From NCBI RefSeq assembly GCF_009914755.1, contig NC_060929.1: a DNA stretch of 64,000 nt; one strand, 5' to 3'. A program made the position numbers and the translations under genes. Position 1 is the first letter of the stretch. Each line of letters opens with the position of its first letter. Below the pieces are notes generated by a model that made no database searches, was not told where the DNA came from, and worked only from the letters and a program-made list of their open reading frames with translations. This document shows positions 11,236-26,123 of this stretch, one piece after another. The stretch is from the human T2T-CHM13v2.0 reference genome, Homo sapiens.

Positions 11236-14200
11236 TGCCAAGAAAGTGGTTGTACTGAAAAAACACTCAGGTTCGAGAGCTGAGTTCTCCTGTTTCTAGC
11301 TGCAGTTGCTTTCTCTGTTCTGTGAAATACCAGGTGTACGTTCCTCCTTTGCTTAGGCCTGATGCAGTTACAGTGAAGAATTTTCAAAAAATTCGTATCT
11401 TCGCAAAAGAGGCATGTCCACTGAGTCTGCAGGCCAAACATGAGGTTCCCTTTGCTACTTTTTGTTACTTCTTTTCCTTTGTGTCTTTCTTGCTTATCCT
11501 TGTCCTGCTGAATACATCTGGCCGAAAGCTCTTCCTTTCTGGGAGTGAAACAGTGCTTTACTGGAATACGTATGGCATGGTGTGGTTAACTGCAGTTTTA
11601 CAGTCTCCTCTCATTTCAGAAAGCAATAGTATATTTAGCCACCCAGAAATTAAGTAAATACCATTTAGGATTTCTTAAATGTAAAACAACATTGTCGTGC
11701 TTTAAAGTTGTCTTTCTAAATGTCCATCTTCTCACCCTCATATTACACCTTGGCTTCAGGGAAAGGGAGAGGATTATTTTGAATTGGAAGGGTTTCTAGA
11801 CATATCCTAGGATTTAAAATAAATAAAACTGGAACATAACCTGTTTTTTTATTTTTTAATGTCTTCTTGTGCTGTAAGCTGAACCTCGACCTAAATTCTT
11901 GTTAATTAAGACTTTATCCTATGTGTGCCTTTGTGTAAAAACGAATTCTCCCATTATAATCATCCCACCCAACCTTGCCCAGCTTCCTTGCAATATTGCT
12001 TACGGTAAGTTTTCCTCACTATTGGAGGTTTAAATGGAGCCTTGTATTAAATAAATGCTCAATCTATTTTAGTAATACTGCTTTATAACTAGGGCAGACT
12101 TTTCTTTTCAAAATAGTTTCAGTGCTGATTTTCATCAGGACAAGATCTTGATTAATTCCCAGATAGACATTGAGAACCTGTGGAACAACGTCCTCTCCCT
12201 GGAACCTCATCATTGTTTCACAGTTACTTATGGGGAAACACCAATTCAGTTTAGGGGTATCTTCTGTGCAGGCCTTTCCTCACACCCTGAGTGGTGTAAA
12301 TGCCCCTCCTCGCCCTTTCCCTTAGTGTCTTTGTGTCTTTATCCTCACAAGTTCGTCTTCATCATGTAAAGGTTTGCTTAAGTAGTTTTATATCCCCATT
12401 GTTTAGCACAAAGTAGGTGATCAATAAATGTTGCTGTGGAGTGATTGAGTGCTTTTACAAAAAAGCAGAGTATGTAGGTAACCTAACACCAAATAGATTA
12501 TGGGAAGTTCTGATATTTGCAGGTACCATGTTATCAAGGTTTTTGTACATGTAAGATTGCATCCTTTTGGAGACCAGAGTGATTTCTAGGGGAGTTTGGT
12601 GTTTTTGTTGGGCCTTAAGGAATAGGTCCTCTCTGGTTAGGTGAAGATTTTCCAAGAAAGTATTCCAGGAATAAGGGATTATAAAATTACAAGGTCTAGA
12701 AAGTCTAAAAGCACAAAATTTATAATCAAGAGTACAGTGTGGTGGAAGACAGAGACTCATATAGGAAGAGTGAGAGAATGACACATTTTGAGGACACATT
12801 TTGAAGGATCTAAATGTCTGATCAAAAATTACGTTTAATTTTGAAGGCAACTAGAGAGCATATGTAGAGTTTTGAGCCAAAGCATGATAAGATTGAATAA
12901 GTGCTATGAGATTAATATGACCATAGTGTGTAGGGATAATACGTTGAATGGGCAGAGAGACTATTTCTGCATTCTAGATTCAAGGAGACAAATTGGGAGT
13001 GGAAGGAGTGAGAACAGAATGATGGAGGTGCCAAAGACATTTTTCTGAAGAGTTGACAGACTTTCTGCACACACAAGGCTTCATTGAGCTATCACAGGAA
13101 CTCATTTGCTTCTCTCTTTTGGATATTTAAAAAATTTGTCTGAAAAGCAAAATTGTGAGATTTTGTCTTCTTCTTTTGCCCTGACTCTGGTTAAACTTGA
13201 GCAAATAAACTGACTTTCAACTTTAATGCCAATGCTATTTTGAATTTTGCCAAAACCAACCAGTATCCTAGAGCTAAGAGCTAAAGAAATGTTATTTTCC
13301 AAAATTGGCAAATGCTTCCAACTTGTTATTAGAGTAGGATAGAAATATTCCTAGTGAGACCCACCTACTCACTCATATTGTAGAGAGAAAGTTGGTGATG
13401 ATTCACAATCCTTATAATAATGCAGCAAGTTGCAATGTGCAATTGAAAGCGCGATATTTTTTCTGATTTTTAATGCATCTTCCAGAGGTTGGAGCACAGG
13501 GAGTATGAGCATAAGCCAGGGGAAGAGGGATAGAGGAGTTCTTTTAGAAAAATCACCAAGAAAAAACCAAACAGATAATCTGTAATCTCTTAAAAAATAA
13601 CTGATGGCTATACAGGATTTTTATGAAAGCATAATAACTTCCAGAACATAGGCAAATTGGTACACATCCCATCCCAGTAGCCATCACCTAACATAAGTCA
13701 CGTATCTTTAACCCTGAGTTTACTAAGTTGCATACAAATTAAGCATATGCATGTGGGCATTGGAGGGGCATGTTGACAAAAATTTCATTACTTTAAGGAG
13801 TCCTGATACCGAAAAAGAAAAATCTCAGAGCTAGAATAATGACGCCCAAGAGCTAATCTAAAGACCTTTTATTTTGACCACTCAATAGTGAAATGAACTT
13901 AAATAGGGGTGGTGTGGTATATCTATTTTTGTAATGTAGAACACTGTATTTTATTCCTAGTTTTTATTTAAAACAGTGATGATAGATACTAGTTGACAGT
14001 CTTAGGTTGTCTCCAATTTAAAAAGAATTCTGTCTGTCTTTTCTCTGTTTCTTTTTCTCTTTCTGTAAGAGCCACAGAGCTCAAGTGTATTCTACAGTGA
14101 TTTACAATTAGTATTATTGAGTCCAGTTGCTTAAAAAAGAATTTGGACTGTAAGTATAGAACAATTTTCCATAACAAAGGTTAAAATCAAAGGATAGCTT

Positions 14201-14256
14201 AAATGACGCTTAGTTAACTCCGAATCAAATTAATCAGGAAACCCTATTCTTTTAGA

Positions 14257-14480
14257 CAAGGTTTGCAAACTAATTATAAGTGCTGGTGTGGCCTAGACAT
14301 CTCTTAGCTATGCAGATGCTCATTCCCTGCCTGCCATAGACCCTGAGACACTAGGTCATAGATGGAACTCAGGAACTTGTCTTTCTTTTTTCTTTTCTTT
14401 TTTCTTCTTTTCTTTTCTTTCTCAAGCACCCCCAATTCTTTGTGAGGTAGTTGTCTTCAGAGCACATTTTGATCATCACA
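14257..14480. mobile_element. MER5-like hAT fragment containing a (TTTTC)n tract
   Basis: ATGCAGATGCTC..GAACTCAGGAACTTG..CAAGCACCCC motifs. Confidence 0.45.
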
Positions 14481-14588
14481 CAACAAGAAGGTAACTGTGG
14501 CACTTCAGGTGAGAAGAGAATCAGCATTCAGGTCTGGTTCTACCATTCACTCCATGAATCTTGTTTCCTGTTGTGTTATAATTGGGGG

Positions 14589-15013
14589 GTATGTTCATTT
14601 TCTGGGGGCTACCGAAACAAAGTACCATACATTGGGTGGCTTAAAACAAAATAAATGTATTATCTCACAGTTCTGGAGGCTAGAAGTCCAGTATTAAAAT
14701 GAGCACAGGGCCAAGGTCCCTCTGAGACTGTGGGTAGCGACCTTCCCTGCCTCTTCCTAGCTTCTAGTGGTGGTTGTCAACCCTTTGCATTCCCAGCTTG
14801 CAGCTGCATTGCTCCAGCCTCTTCCTTCGCCATCCCGTTGTGCTCCTTCTGTGTGCTCCACTCCTCTTTCTATGAGAGAACCCGTCGTATTGGATTAAAG
14901 GCCCACCCTATCCCAACATGACCTAACACTTAAATAATTATATCAGCAGCAACCGTATTTCAAATGGGAGGTCACCTTCTGAGGTTCTTTTTGAAAGACA
15001 CAAACCCATAATG
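14589..15013 (-). mobile_element. MLT1B/C LTR
   Basis: AACAAAGTACCA..GGTGGCTTAAAACA..CTCACAGTTCTGGAGGCTAGAAGTCC; ATTGGATTAAAGGCCCACCCTA. Confidence 0.85.
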
Positions 15014-17358
15014 CAGAAAGAAGGAGTATGTGCCTAGAACAGGTTAGGAGTTCCCAAATCAGAGTCAGAAACTGATCCATCCAGACTTTCTACAGGTCTC
15101 TTAGGAAACACACTACAATTACAGGTTTCACTAACCTGACTGCCAGATCCTGACTCAGTAGGTAGGAGATTGTGCCTTAGAATGTGTATTATCCTTCGGT
15201 AGGAAATCCCCACTCTGAGTAGCCCTGCCAGATCACAGCCCTAATTGATGTTCTGCTGAATGTATTGGGTAAAAGATAAGTTATAGCTACATAGAACTGA
15301 TGCAATAATCTCATATAACTACATATATTATACTGTCTTCACAATGCACTTTGACCATATGTTCATCTATTTTGACAGGAGTGGGGACGTGAGGTTCTCA
15401 AGTTATGCTTGCTTAACTCATAGCCCATGCTTTTAAGGAAAACTAAAGCTCATTCTAACAATTGTCTTTATAAAATTAAAGGTGTTGTCGATGTTTGATT
15501 TTTCCACCATTTTAATTATCAGAAAGATGATGAAAATTGGGTTGTTCCCTCCCATTATGACTGATTTCCTCTCATTAATAGAGACAAAGGCTCTTCTTGA
15601 AGTGGAACTAAAATGTAAACATGAGTTCACCCTAGTCTCTAAAGACTTCAAGAGGCCATGCATTTGATCAAAATGGCATGTTTTAAATCCTCCTTTCATG
15701 ATAGAATACAGATAAAATACAGATAGACTGAAGCCAAAAGCGTTCCTTGCTGCAGACACACTCAATAATACGTACGTTGTTAATCCCTGGCTGTTTCAAA
15801 GTAATTGTAGGCTTCTGCATGGAACCAATTTTCTGATTTTTGGAGACTAAGATAATTCCAATTGCATGTCCTTAACTATGATAATAAGTGGAGTCTGCCA
15901 GTGGTTGCTTGTGTGAGCCGGTCATGCTGGAGGAAAGAATTGGGCCTTCATGTGTCTTACAAACTATAGCTTTCTCTTTAGCCCTTTCCTCAGCAAATGG
16001 AGTCATGCCAATCTAAGTATTTAGAAGTGTCTCACAGAAACACTGAGTTGCAGATAGAGTGGAATTAATAATTTTTATTACATAATTTGCTGTTTCAAAT
16101 GACAAATTTTGAGTAAACAAACTTGGTTGATACTTTTTGGATAATTTATGGTCAATTCTTAGTTTTCTTTGAGTATTTTTAGTTACAATTATGTTCCAAT
16201 GGGACTTTCTTTTTTTCTACAGTATCATTGTTACTGATCTGCATTTAGTTTGCCATATGCTCTGCAGTATATTTGTCTTCCCTGGTGAGGTTGTATATAA
16301 AGTGAGGTACAGATTTTTGATATTCTTAAGTCGGGTACATAAAATATTTTGCCTCAAATTATTATTTCAGAAAAAGTTTTTTTTTAATTAAAAAAATCTG
16401 AATTAGCCAAATCCTTTAATCAGTTCCTATATGTATATTGTGTCTTGCTGAGAATTGAGGAAGAGTGTAATTCAATGCAGAGGACATTTGTGAATTTTTT
16501 GAGTCAGGTTGGAGACAGAATTAGAGAAAATTTTCTATCGATATTTTTGGTTTTTCACTCACCACTGAGACTGAACTAATGATTTCCAGGTTTCTAGGAG
16601 TCACGTAGCTCTTGAAAGACCGACTACTTTCTGTGTCTCTGGGTCAAAAGTTACGAAAAAGAAGCAAGAGAATCTAAGCCAAAATAACACTTCAAATAGT
16701 CCAATGACTGTTTATGGCTTTTCACATAAATATTTAGACCTTCATTAGAAAACATTAGATTTAAGCAGAGAGTAGCATATGCAGGTCAGTCTCAGAATTT
16801 ACCAGCTATTCATCAGCAGTAAGTCATTGGGGTTTCTCCCTTTTGTTGAAGTGGTTTGTTTTTGGTCACAGAGCGTCATCATTGTCATGCTTCAGTTCTT
16901 TCATTTGTGTACTATTTAATTAATTAATACTTAAATATTTGTTGAACATTTACTGGATACATATAATGGGGATTAAATACCTTAAGAGAATCTCTCAGTT
17001 GAATTGAGGAGATAGACATATAAAAAAAATTTCCAACATGGGAACATGATAAATCTTGGAATGGAATGTAATAGAAAAACAATATTCATGCAATAAAAAA
17101 ATGCATGAAGAAGAACATAACATGAAATTCAGGAAAGTAAGACACCCTTCATGGAATGAGGTTTTTTATCTATAATTGTAAAGATAAAGTACTCTTGATC
17201 TTCATAAATCTTCACTAATTTATTTTCCAAATATTTACAAAGTATTACAAAGTGTTGGCTACTGTGCTAAAGATGACTGTAAAGTACATGATTCTTGCCT
17301 TAAAGACTCCCAGATTAACTTAAGGAAGACAGCTAAGTGAATGAAGAAACATGGCTCC

Positions 17359-17655
<297 letters not shown>

Positions 17656-18137
17656 TTCACAGCTCTGTGAAAGTGCTGACTCAGAACTGAAGGCTGTCAT
17701 GGCTCATACAGGAAGTATTGCTTGAAAAGTAAAGTGAGACTTTTTGGTTTGCAAAGACCCAATGCACTCAAATGAGCTCAAATAAAAATGGCGGCATTGA
17801 AAGACAACAAAGTTCTCACACAAACATAATGGAGCCAGTATTGAGTGTCTGGGAGAACTACAGGAGCCACGCGGTATCTGCCTCTCTCTGGATCTGTTAA
17901 GTGGTCTCATTCTGCTTCTTTCTGCATGTGCTTTTTTCTGTACTGAGTCACCGGTATTTTATTGAACAATATATTTTTTCAATAGGTTCATTGTTATCAT
18001 CATCTCCTTTTTTAAAAAAATAAAATTACCTGAAGTCTTCAAGATTGCACTTTATGGCTAACACATTGGAAATTGTTGACATTTCTAGTTGACTCTTCTC
18101 TGTAGATCAAAATATTTTTAATTGAGAAAATACTTTC

Positions 18138-18553
18138 TTTCATGCGCGTCCATGTGAAGAGACCACCAAACAGGCTTTGTGTGAGCAATAAAGCTTTTAA
18201 TCACCTGGGTGCAGGCGAGCTGAGTCCGAAAAGAGAGTCAGCCAAGGGAGATAGGGGTGGGTGGGGCCGTTTTATAAGATTTGGGTAGGTAAAGGAAAAT
18301 TACAGTCAAAGGGGGGTTGTTCTCTGGCGGGCAGGAGTGGGGGTCACAAGGTGCTCAGTAGGGGAGCTTCTGAGCCAGGATGAGCCAGGAGAAGGAATTT
18401 CACAAGATAACGTCATCAGTTAAGGCAGTAACAGGCCATTTTCGTTTCTTTTGTGGTGGAATGTCATCAGTTAAGGCAGGAACCAGCCATCTGGATGTGT
18501 ATGTGCAGGTCACAGGGGATATGATGGCTTAGCTTGGGCTCAGAGGCCTGACA
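18138..18553 (-). mobile_element. Solo HERV-H LTR (LTR7)
   Basis: Minus strand begins TGTCAGGCCTCTGAGCCCAAGCTAAGCCATC and ends GGACGCGCATGAAA; TATAAAA at 18276-18270; ATTAAA at 18201-18196; perfect 5-bp TSD CTTTC at 18133-18137 and 18554-18558. Confidence 0.95.
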
Positions 18554-20639
18554 CTTTCTACAGTTACTTACACAAATGCTAAATTTGGAGTAAATACTGC
18601 TAAATGGAGCTTACTAATTCTACTTTTAGTATTGAAATAAATAACTCAGCCTGAATATTTTTACATTTTATTTACAATATTATATTTGTAAACTGAGGTT
18701 ACAATGGGCATTCAAAATAATGTTACATGTTTCACCTCCAACAGAATGAATTTCCAAAAATTTACTTTGATTCTATGATGTGCATGAAGAAAACCAAATT
18801 TTTCTGGAATTAACTTTATTTTTCGTTTGAAGTGTCTGGTAATACTGACATAAAATTAAGATCATTTAATCTTGTGTGAAATTCTTCTGCTAATGAAGCA
18901 AAAATATTGACAGTTATTGCTTCACTTTTTGTGCATGCATAAAACAACTTGGATCTGAAAATAAAATTAATTTAGCAAAGCACTGATCTAGGTGAAAAGT
19001 CATTAACTTTTGATAGAATATATTAATATTTTTAAACAGATTATGTGTCCTAGGAATTTCATGAAGTCAGAAAAGTTTTGGTAGAGTGAAGGCTGGAAGC
19101 TAGATGATAATAAGTAAGTGCTAATTTTGAAGGGTGTGACGTCTCTGATTCAAAATGGAGTGTTAAAATTTTACTTTTTAAAATAAAATTATAATGTCCA
19201 ATTCAGACTCCTAAGTAATAATGACCTTACTTTAGCTGAAAAAGCACATAGCATTAATGAACTAAAGACACAAAATAATAAATACAATTGTATTTTCCCA
19301 GAATGTAAAGATACTGTCGACATATGTCATGCAGAGCATCTAAGCAGGGTCACACTCAGCAGTGGCAGGTCCTCATTTCTCAGCTGCGTCCTTAGTAGAG
19401 GGCTGGTAATTGCACAGAGACTGACTCTTCCCTGTTCTCTGTCCTCCAGTGGCCTGGGTTTCTGCTCATTCTGCTCCTTCCAGTGGTTCAGGGTGAGTAG
19501 CAAGATGTGAAGGGAGAGTGCTGAGAAGGAGGAGGGTGGAGGAAGTTGAGAAAGACAGCAGCTTTCGATGAGTGCACAGGCCACTCTTCAAGTCACCAAA
19601 TTTAAATGTTGCTTGTGCTGCTCATTAACATGTTGGGAAATCCTTGACTCTTTCAGGATTCCAGCTCCCTCATCTGTTAATAAAATGAGAAATTGCCACA
19701 AAGACCTCCCTGCCTTGGAAATTCAAAGACTATATAGGCTCTATAATTCAATGGTAGAACTTTTTTATGGGGGGTGTTAGTTACTAAAACTGTAGACTGT
19801 TTATTTTGACCTTTGAGTATAGGAAAACTTGTTGAGGTAAAAATATTCTCTTCTATGATTATTCAGGTAGAACTTTACCATTCAACTTAGGGATTCTGAA
19901 AGATGATTACAGAAAAGCACTATGATGCAGAGCTCCATGTGGTGATGTCAAATCCAATAATTCAGTTAAACTCCTGTAAAAATTTCCCATCTCCTACTGG
20001 CAGGGTCCAAGTCAGGATATACTGCATTTCTTCTGTTTCATTCTTTTGTTGGAGTTAAATACTATTGCAAACAAGGCTGGATGTTTTTATTTCTTTTTGA
20101 AATCCAGAATGCTCTTTGTCATTTGACAATGCAGCATACTAAACTACTTAAAATACTTTGTGAGTGAAATCACATGCATGAAATGTGGTATAAGTTACTA
20201 GAGCCCTTGAAGGGCAGCACTTGGGTTTAGTTGGCCTCTTCTGTTTTACCTAATTTCTCAATCCCACCTATTCTTTTTTCTCACTTTCTTAAATCCCAGT
20301 AATTATCTTAGGCATAAAGCAGTTTTCTATGCATAGACAGTTCATTTAGATTGGTAACATGGGCTAGGTAAAAAAAAAAAAATTAAATATATATATACTT
20401 AGGCAATTTTTATCTCGTTTAAAATGGCTTGAAAGAACCATGGTACTCAGAGCTTCAGAGATGCCCTGTCTTCTGATTTTGCATTCTCACAATTCTCTAT
20501 GATTTAAAGGAGCAATGCAGTGAATTTTTATAAACACAAAACTTCTTCCCAATTTTATGTTTTGGCATCATAAGTATGTATTGACAGCCTCAGTGTTAGA
20601 GGCTCAGCACTGTGATGTGCACATGTAAGTTCACATAGG

Positions 20640-20858
20640 AATGAGAGTTTTCAAGGGCAGGGATTTATCTTTGTTTACTGTTATATCCCTTTTGTCTACA
20701 ACAGTGCTTGGCACGTAAGCATGCTAAATAGATTAAAGTAATGAATGTGAGGGTAATCCATACTCTCCTGAGGGCGAGAATCCTACCTGTCCTGTACAGC
20801 TCTGTGTCTGCAATCCCTAGAACAGTGTTTGCCTCCCATTTGTTGAGTGAGTGAATGT
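20640..20858 (+). mobile_element. Two adjacent L2 3' termini
   Basis: GGGCAGGGA..ACAGTGCTTGGCACGTA..ATGAATG followed by CTCCTGAGGGCGAG..CCTAGAACAGTG..TTTGTTGAGTGAGTGAATG. Confidence 0.65.
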
Positions 20859-21518
20859 ACTTCAGAACTTGGTCCTTGCCATTAAAGAGCTTGAATCTGG
20901 TTTGGAAGACAGATTGGCAAAATATTGAAGAGCAGTAACAGTTTGGGATTGTAATGAAAAATTATCACTAGAAAGTCATAGGTTGATTGTCAAGGTAATG
21001 ATATAAACAATTGTTCTAGATGTTCAAAATAGGAAAATAATATACAACATAAATCAGCCCTCACATTTTGACATTGTTGGATATTGATTGATTGCTCAAT
21101 TGATGGATTGAATGGATCTTTGAATGCCTCTACATTCCAGGCAATATATTGGGTGGTGGGAAGTCAATAGTAAGATAGGTGTATTTCCTACCCAAACTGA
21201 ACTCATAATCTAATGGGTTCAATTGATAATCTTGTTTTTTTAAACAAATAAATAAATAAATAAATTTTTTTAACAATAAATAAATGTTTATTTTTGAAGG
21301 GAAAAAATGGAACATTGAAATAAAGAATAATAGTATTATACTAGAAAGGGTGAATTCTAAGGATATAACAATTAAGCTCTGTGAAGAATATTCTAGGTAG
21401 AGAAGGAGGTATGCAAAGGCCCTGAGGCCCAAAGGCAATAAGGAATGCAGTCGCTGAGACCTCTTCTACCTGAGTGTGAATAAGGAGGCAGGTTCTGAAG
21501 GATTTTAATCAACGGGTA

Positions 21519-21921
21519 TGATACAGTTTGTATATTTGTCTCTGTCTAAATCTTACGTTGAATAGTATTCCCCAGTGCTGCAGGTGGGGCCTGGGGGGAG
21601 GTGTTTGCATCATGGGAGCTGATCCTTCATGGCTTGGTGTTGTCTTCATAATAGTGAGTTTTCAAAAGCTATGGTTATTTAAAAGTGTGTGGCACCCCGC
21701 CACCACCAACTCTCTCTTGCTCCCACTTTTGTCATGTGATGTGCCTTCTCCCCCTTTGCTTTCCACCGTGATTGTAGAAGCTCCCTGAGGCCTCCCCAGA
21801 AGCTGAGCAACGTCAGTGCTATGCTTCCTGCAGAGCCTGCAGAACCATGAGCCAATTAAACCTCTTTTCCTTATGAATTACACAGTCTCAGATATTCCAT
21901 TTTAACAATGCAAGCTAATAG
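21519..21921 (+). mobile_element. MSTB-like MaLR LTR inserted in degenerate L2
   Basis: TGATACAGTTTG start; GAGGCCTCCCCAGAAGCTGAGCA..GAGCCAATTAAACCTCTTTTC. Confidence 0.85.
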
Positions 21922-22563
21922 AGGGGAGATGGGATACAATGTGTAGAGAAAGCAAGAATGGAAGTGGTTCAGTTTGTTTTAATAGTTCATCAAAGGAATG
22001 ACGGAGAACTTAACTAAGGTAGTAGCAGTGAAGAAGGCCAGTTATGGAAAGATTTGTAAAATGAAAGGATTTGCTGTTGGAAAAAACAAAAAAACAAAAG
22101 AACAACAACTACCTGGAAGTGGGTTAAAAGTGGGAACAGAGGATTTTCCCTAAGTGTCTGATTTAAATAATGGGTGGATAGTACTGCTTTTTACCAAAGT
22201 GGAAAATGGCGTTGGGAAGAGACAAATCTGGGGTGGAGAAGCATGGATGCTGTGGTGGGCAGGTTGTCTTTGAGATGTCTTCCCGACATCTCAAAGTTCC
22301 CCAGGTAAGACTGGGGAACTGAATGTGTAAAAGTACATCTCAGAGAAAAGGGCCTAACTAATGATATGAAAGTCTCCAGTATGTTGATGGACAGCAGTGG
22401 AGAGTCAGCTGGGCATATTAAAATTTAAGCCTTCACTTTACAGAATGCCGACCTGGAACTGTGAGTGAATTCTTCTTTAAGGTATATATTTAACATTGGG
22501 ACAAGGATATCATCTATTAGTTAATATTTTGCTACATTAAAAATATGTCAAGGTAGTGTTTCT

Positions 22564-22695
22564 TTTTTTCTTTTCGTTTTTTTTTTTTTTTTTTTTTTTG
22601 CAAAGTGAAAGCAAGTTTATTAAGAAAGTAAAGGAATAAAAGAATGGTTACTCCATAGTCAGAACAGCCCTGAGGGCTGCTGGTTGTCCATTTTT
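22564..22695 (-). mobile_element. Processed (poly-A tailed) retrocopy of a MER41-like LTR 3' segment
   Basis: Minus strand: AAAAATGGACAACCAGCAGCCCTCAGGGCTG..TTCTTAATAAACTTGCTTTCACTTTGC plus about 36-nt A-rich tail; 14-bp TSD AAGGTAGTGTTTCT at 22550-22563 and 22696-22709. Confidence 0.85.
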
Positions 22696-24625
22696 AAGGT
22701 AGTGTTTCTAGACTACACATATATCCTATTCTTTCTGTGCACACATCTTGTTATAGGTATCTCTCATTTTCAGTAAAGAAACTATATAGTTAGAAAAATC
22801 TAGAGAAGAAAGACCCCAAATTTTTAAACTGAACATAATCAGGATAAGGACATTACATATTTGTGACACCTAGCCTGGCCAGGGCTTTTGTGATTTGGCT
22901 CTATTTCTGTACCAAGGCATCTGAGACAGAGAGAGATGACAGACGTTTGCATCTGCCAGGTTGAAGCCAGGAACTTTGTGAGGAATAAGAAACTCAAAAC
23001 CTCTTTGGAATCAGAGGAGGAGCAGAAGCTTGGAAGGCAGTGTACATACAAAACGTATTAATTAAGCACCTACTCTGAATGTCCTGCAGAGGATAGGAGG
23101 GCAGGGTGCAAACCACAGGGAGGTTTTTCCATCTGATTTTGGGCATAACCTCCTGATCTGGCCTGTGTGTATGCCCCAAATCACTTCAAAGTTTCTTGCA
23201 GCATCTGGGTGTGCTCCAGTATTCACTGGAGATCCTGCTTGACCACGTGAGAATGTACAAGTAGCCAAAGCTAGGATGGAGATTTGTTCCTCTCTGTATC
23301 TCCAGTCTTCCCACCACCCTGTATCTTTTGTCTGGACTCTTCTCCCATTTACCTTTATTTTCTATCCCATCTTTATAAAAACAGCTTCTCTCTTTCCTCC
23401 TCAATGCTTTATCTTGCTCTCTTCTTAAAGTGGCTGACAGCTATTTTTATTTGTATTTCTATGCCAAACATTGATGATGTATTTTCCACTTTTCTTCTTA
23501 CCATTTCTCCTTCAGCCCTAGATCATTTTATGCCAGGGCTAGGTTGGTATCCGATCATGGATGGTATCTGGCTACCTTGATTTTTATACAAAAAACATAA
23601 ATCTGGTTTCTGAAGATGAGTCACAGGGCTGTCCATCCTTTCTCAACATTGTCTGCTCACTGCAGTGGCAACTCAAGTAGCCCCATCTTTAGATAGGGAA
23701 AGGAATTGGGTCTCTCACTGGGTTCCCATTTCGAATCTCATTGTAGGACCTGGTCTGCTTTCTGCCTATATGTCTTAGCAGATGTAAAGGGGTACCCTTA
23801 CCTAATTTTCCCTGCTAATTCACTCCTGAGTTCCTTTACCTGAAACATGTGTGATCCAAACAAACTTGGAGTTATCATAGCTAGAAATGATAACCTCTGG
23901 CATGCAAGAAGCTGAACTTGAGTGCCAGCACTTCATTGCTGATGCCAAACACCACATTGCCTGGCATCCTAATGTTGAAGTTTTGCTTCAGGGAATGAAT
24001 AATCAACTCTCAGATCTCTTAACCATTTGTAAATCTCTGAGACATTATCCTCAGAGGAAAAAATTCCTTTTTTTTGATTTTTCATTTAAGGGAACTTGAG
24101 CCAATAATCCAAAGTGCTTTTATTCTCAGTTCTATTTGCTTGAATGATCCAAGTTGTGTCTTTTTCTTTGGTGTTTTGTTTATTTGTTTTCAAACCAGAA
24201 GAGCATGTTAAGTAAAGTTTGTGGAATGAAAAAAGTGCTCAGTGCTTGGTAATACAGTATTGGAATATTTGAATACAGCTAAATTTGCAGCAGTGAGGTG
24301 ATGTGCTTTAGGGTTTTTGGCAAGGGATAAAGGTTAGGAGTTGTTGTCCCAGAAAATGTTTTTTCATGTAATTGGTCTTTGACTTAAATGAGGAGTGTCC
24401 TGGAATCATACTTGCATGACATTGTTGGGTCTCTGAACACCGTTTAGTTCCTTTGCATTGAATGATCAAGAGTGGGTTCCACTGAGAGCACATTCTTCAC
24501 TGAAAACAGGAGCATCTGCTTTCAGTTAAGATGCTGGGACCAAGGTGGGACAAGTACCGTGGACACATAAGACCTGGGCTCTGCTCACAAAGAACATACA
24601 GTCTAGTTGAGAAGTTAAGATATTA

Positions 24626-26105
<1,480 letters not shown>

Positions 26106-26123
26106 ATTTTTGTTATTTTAAGC

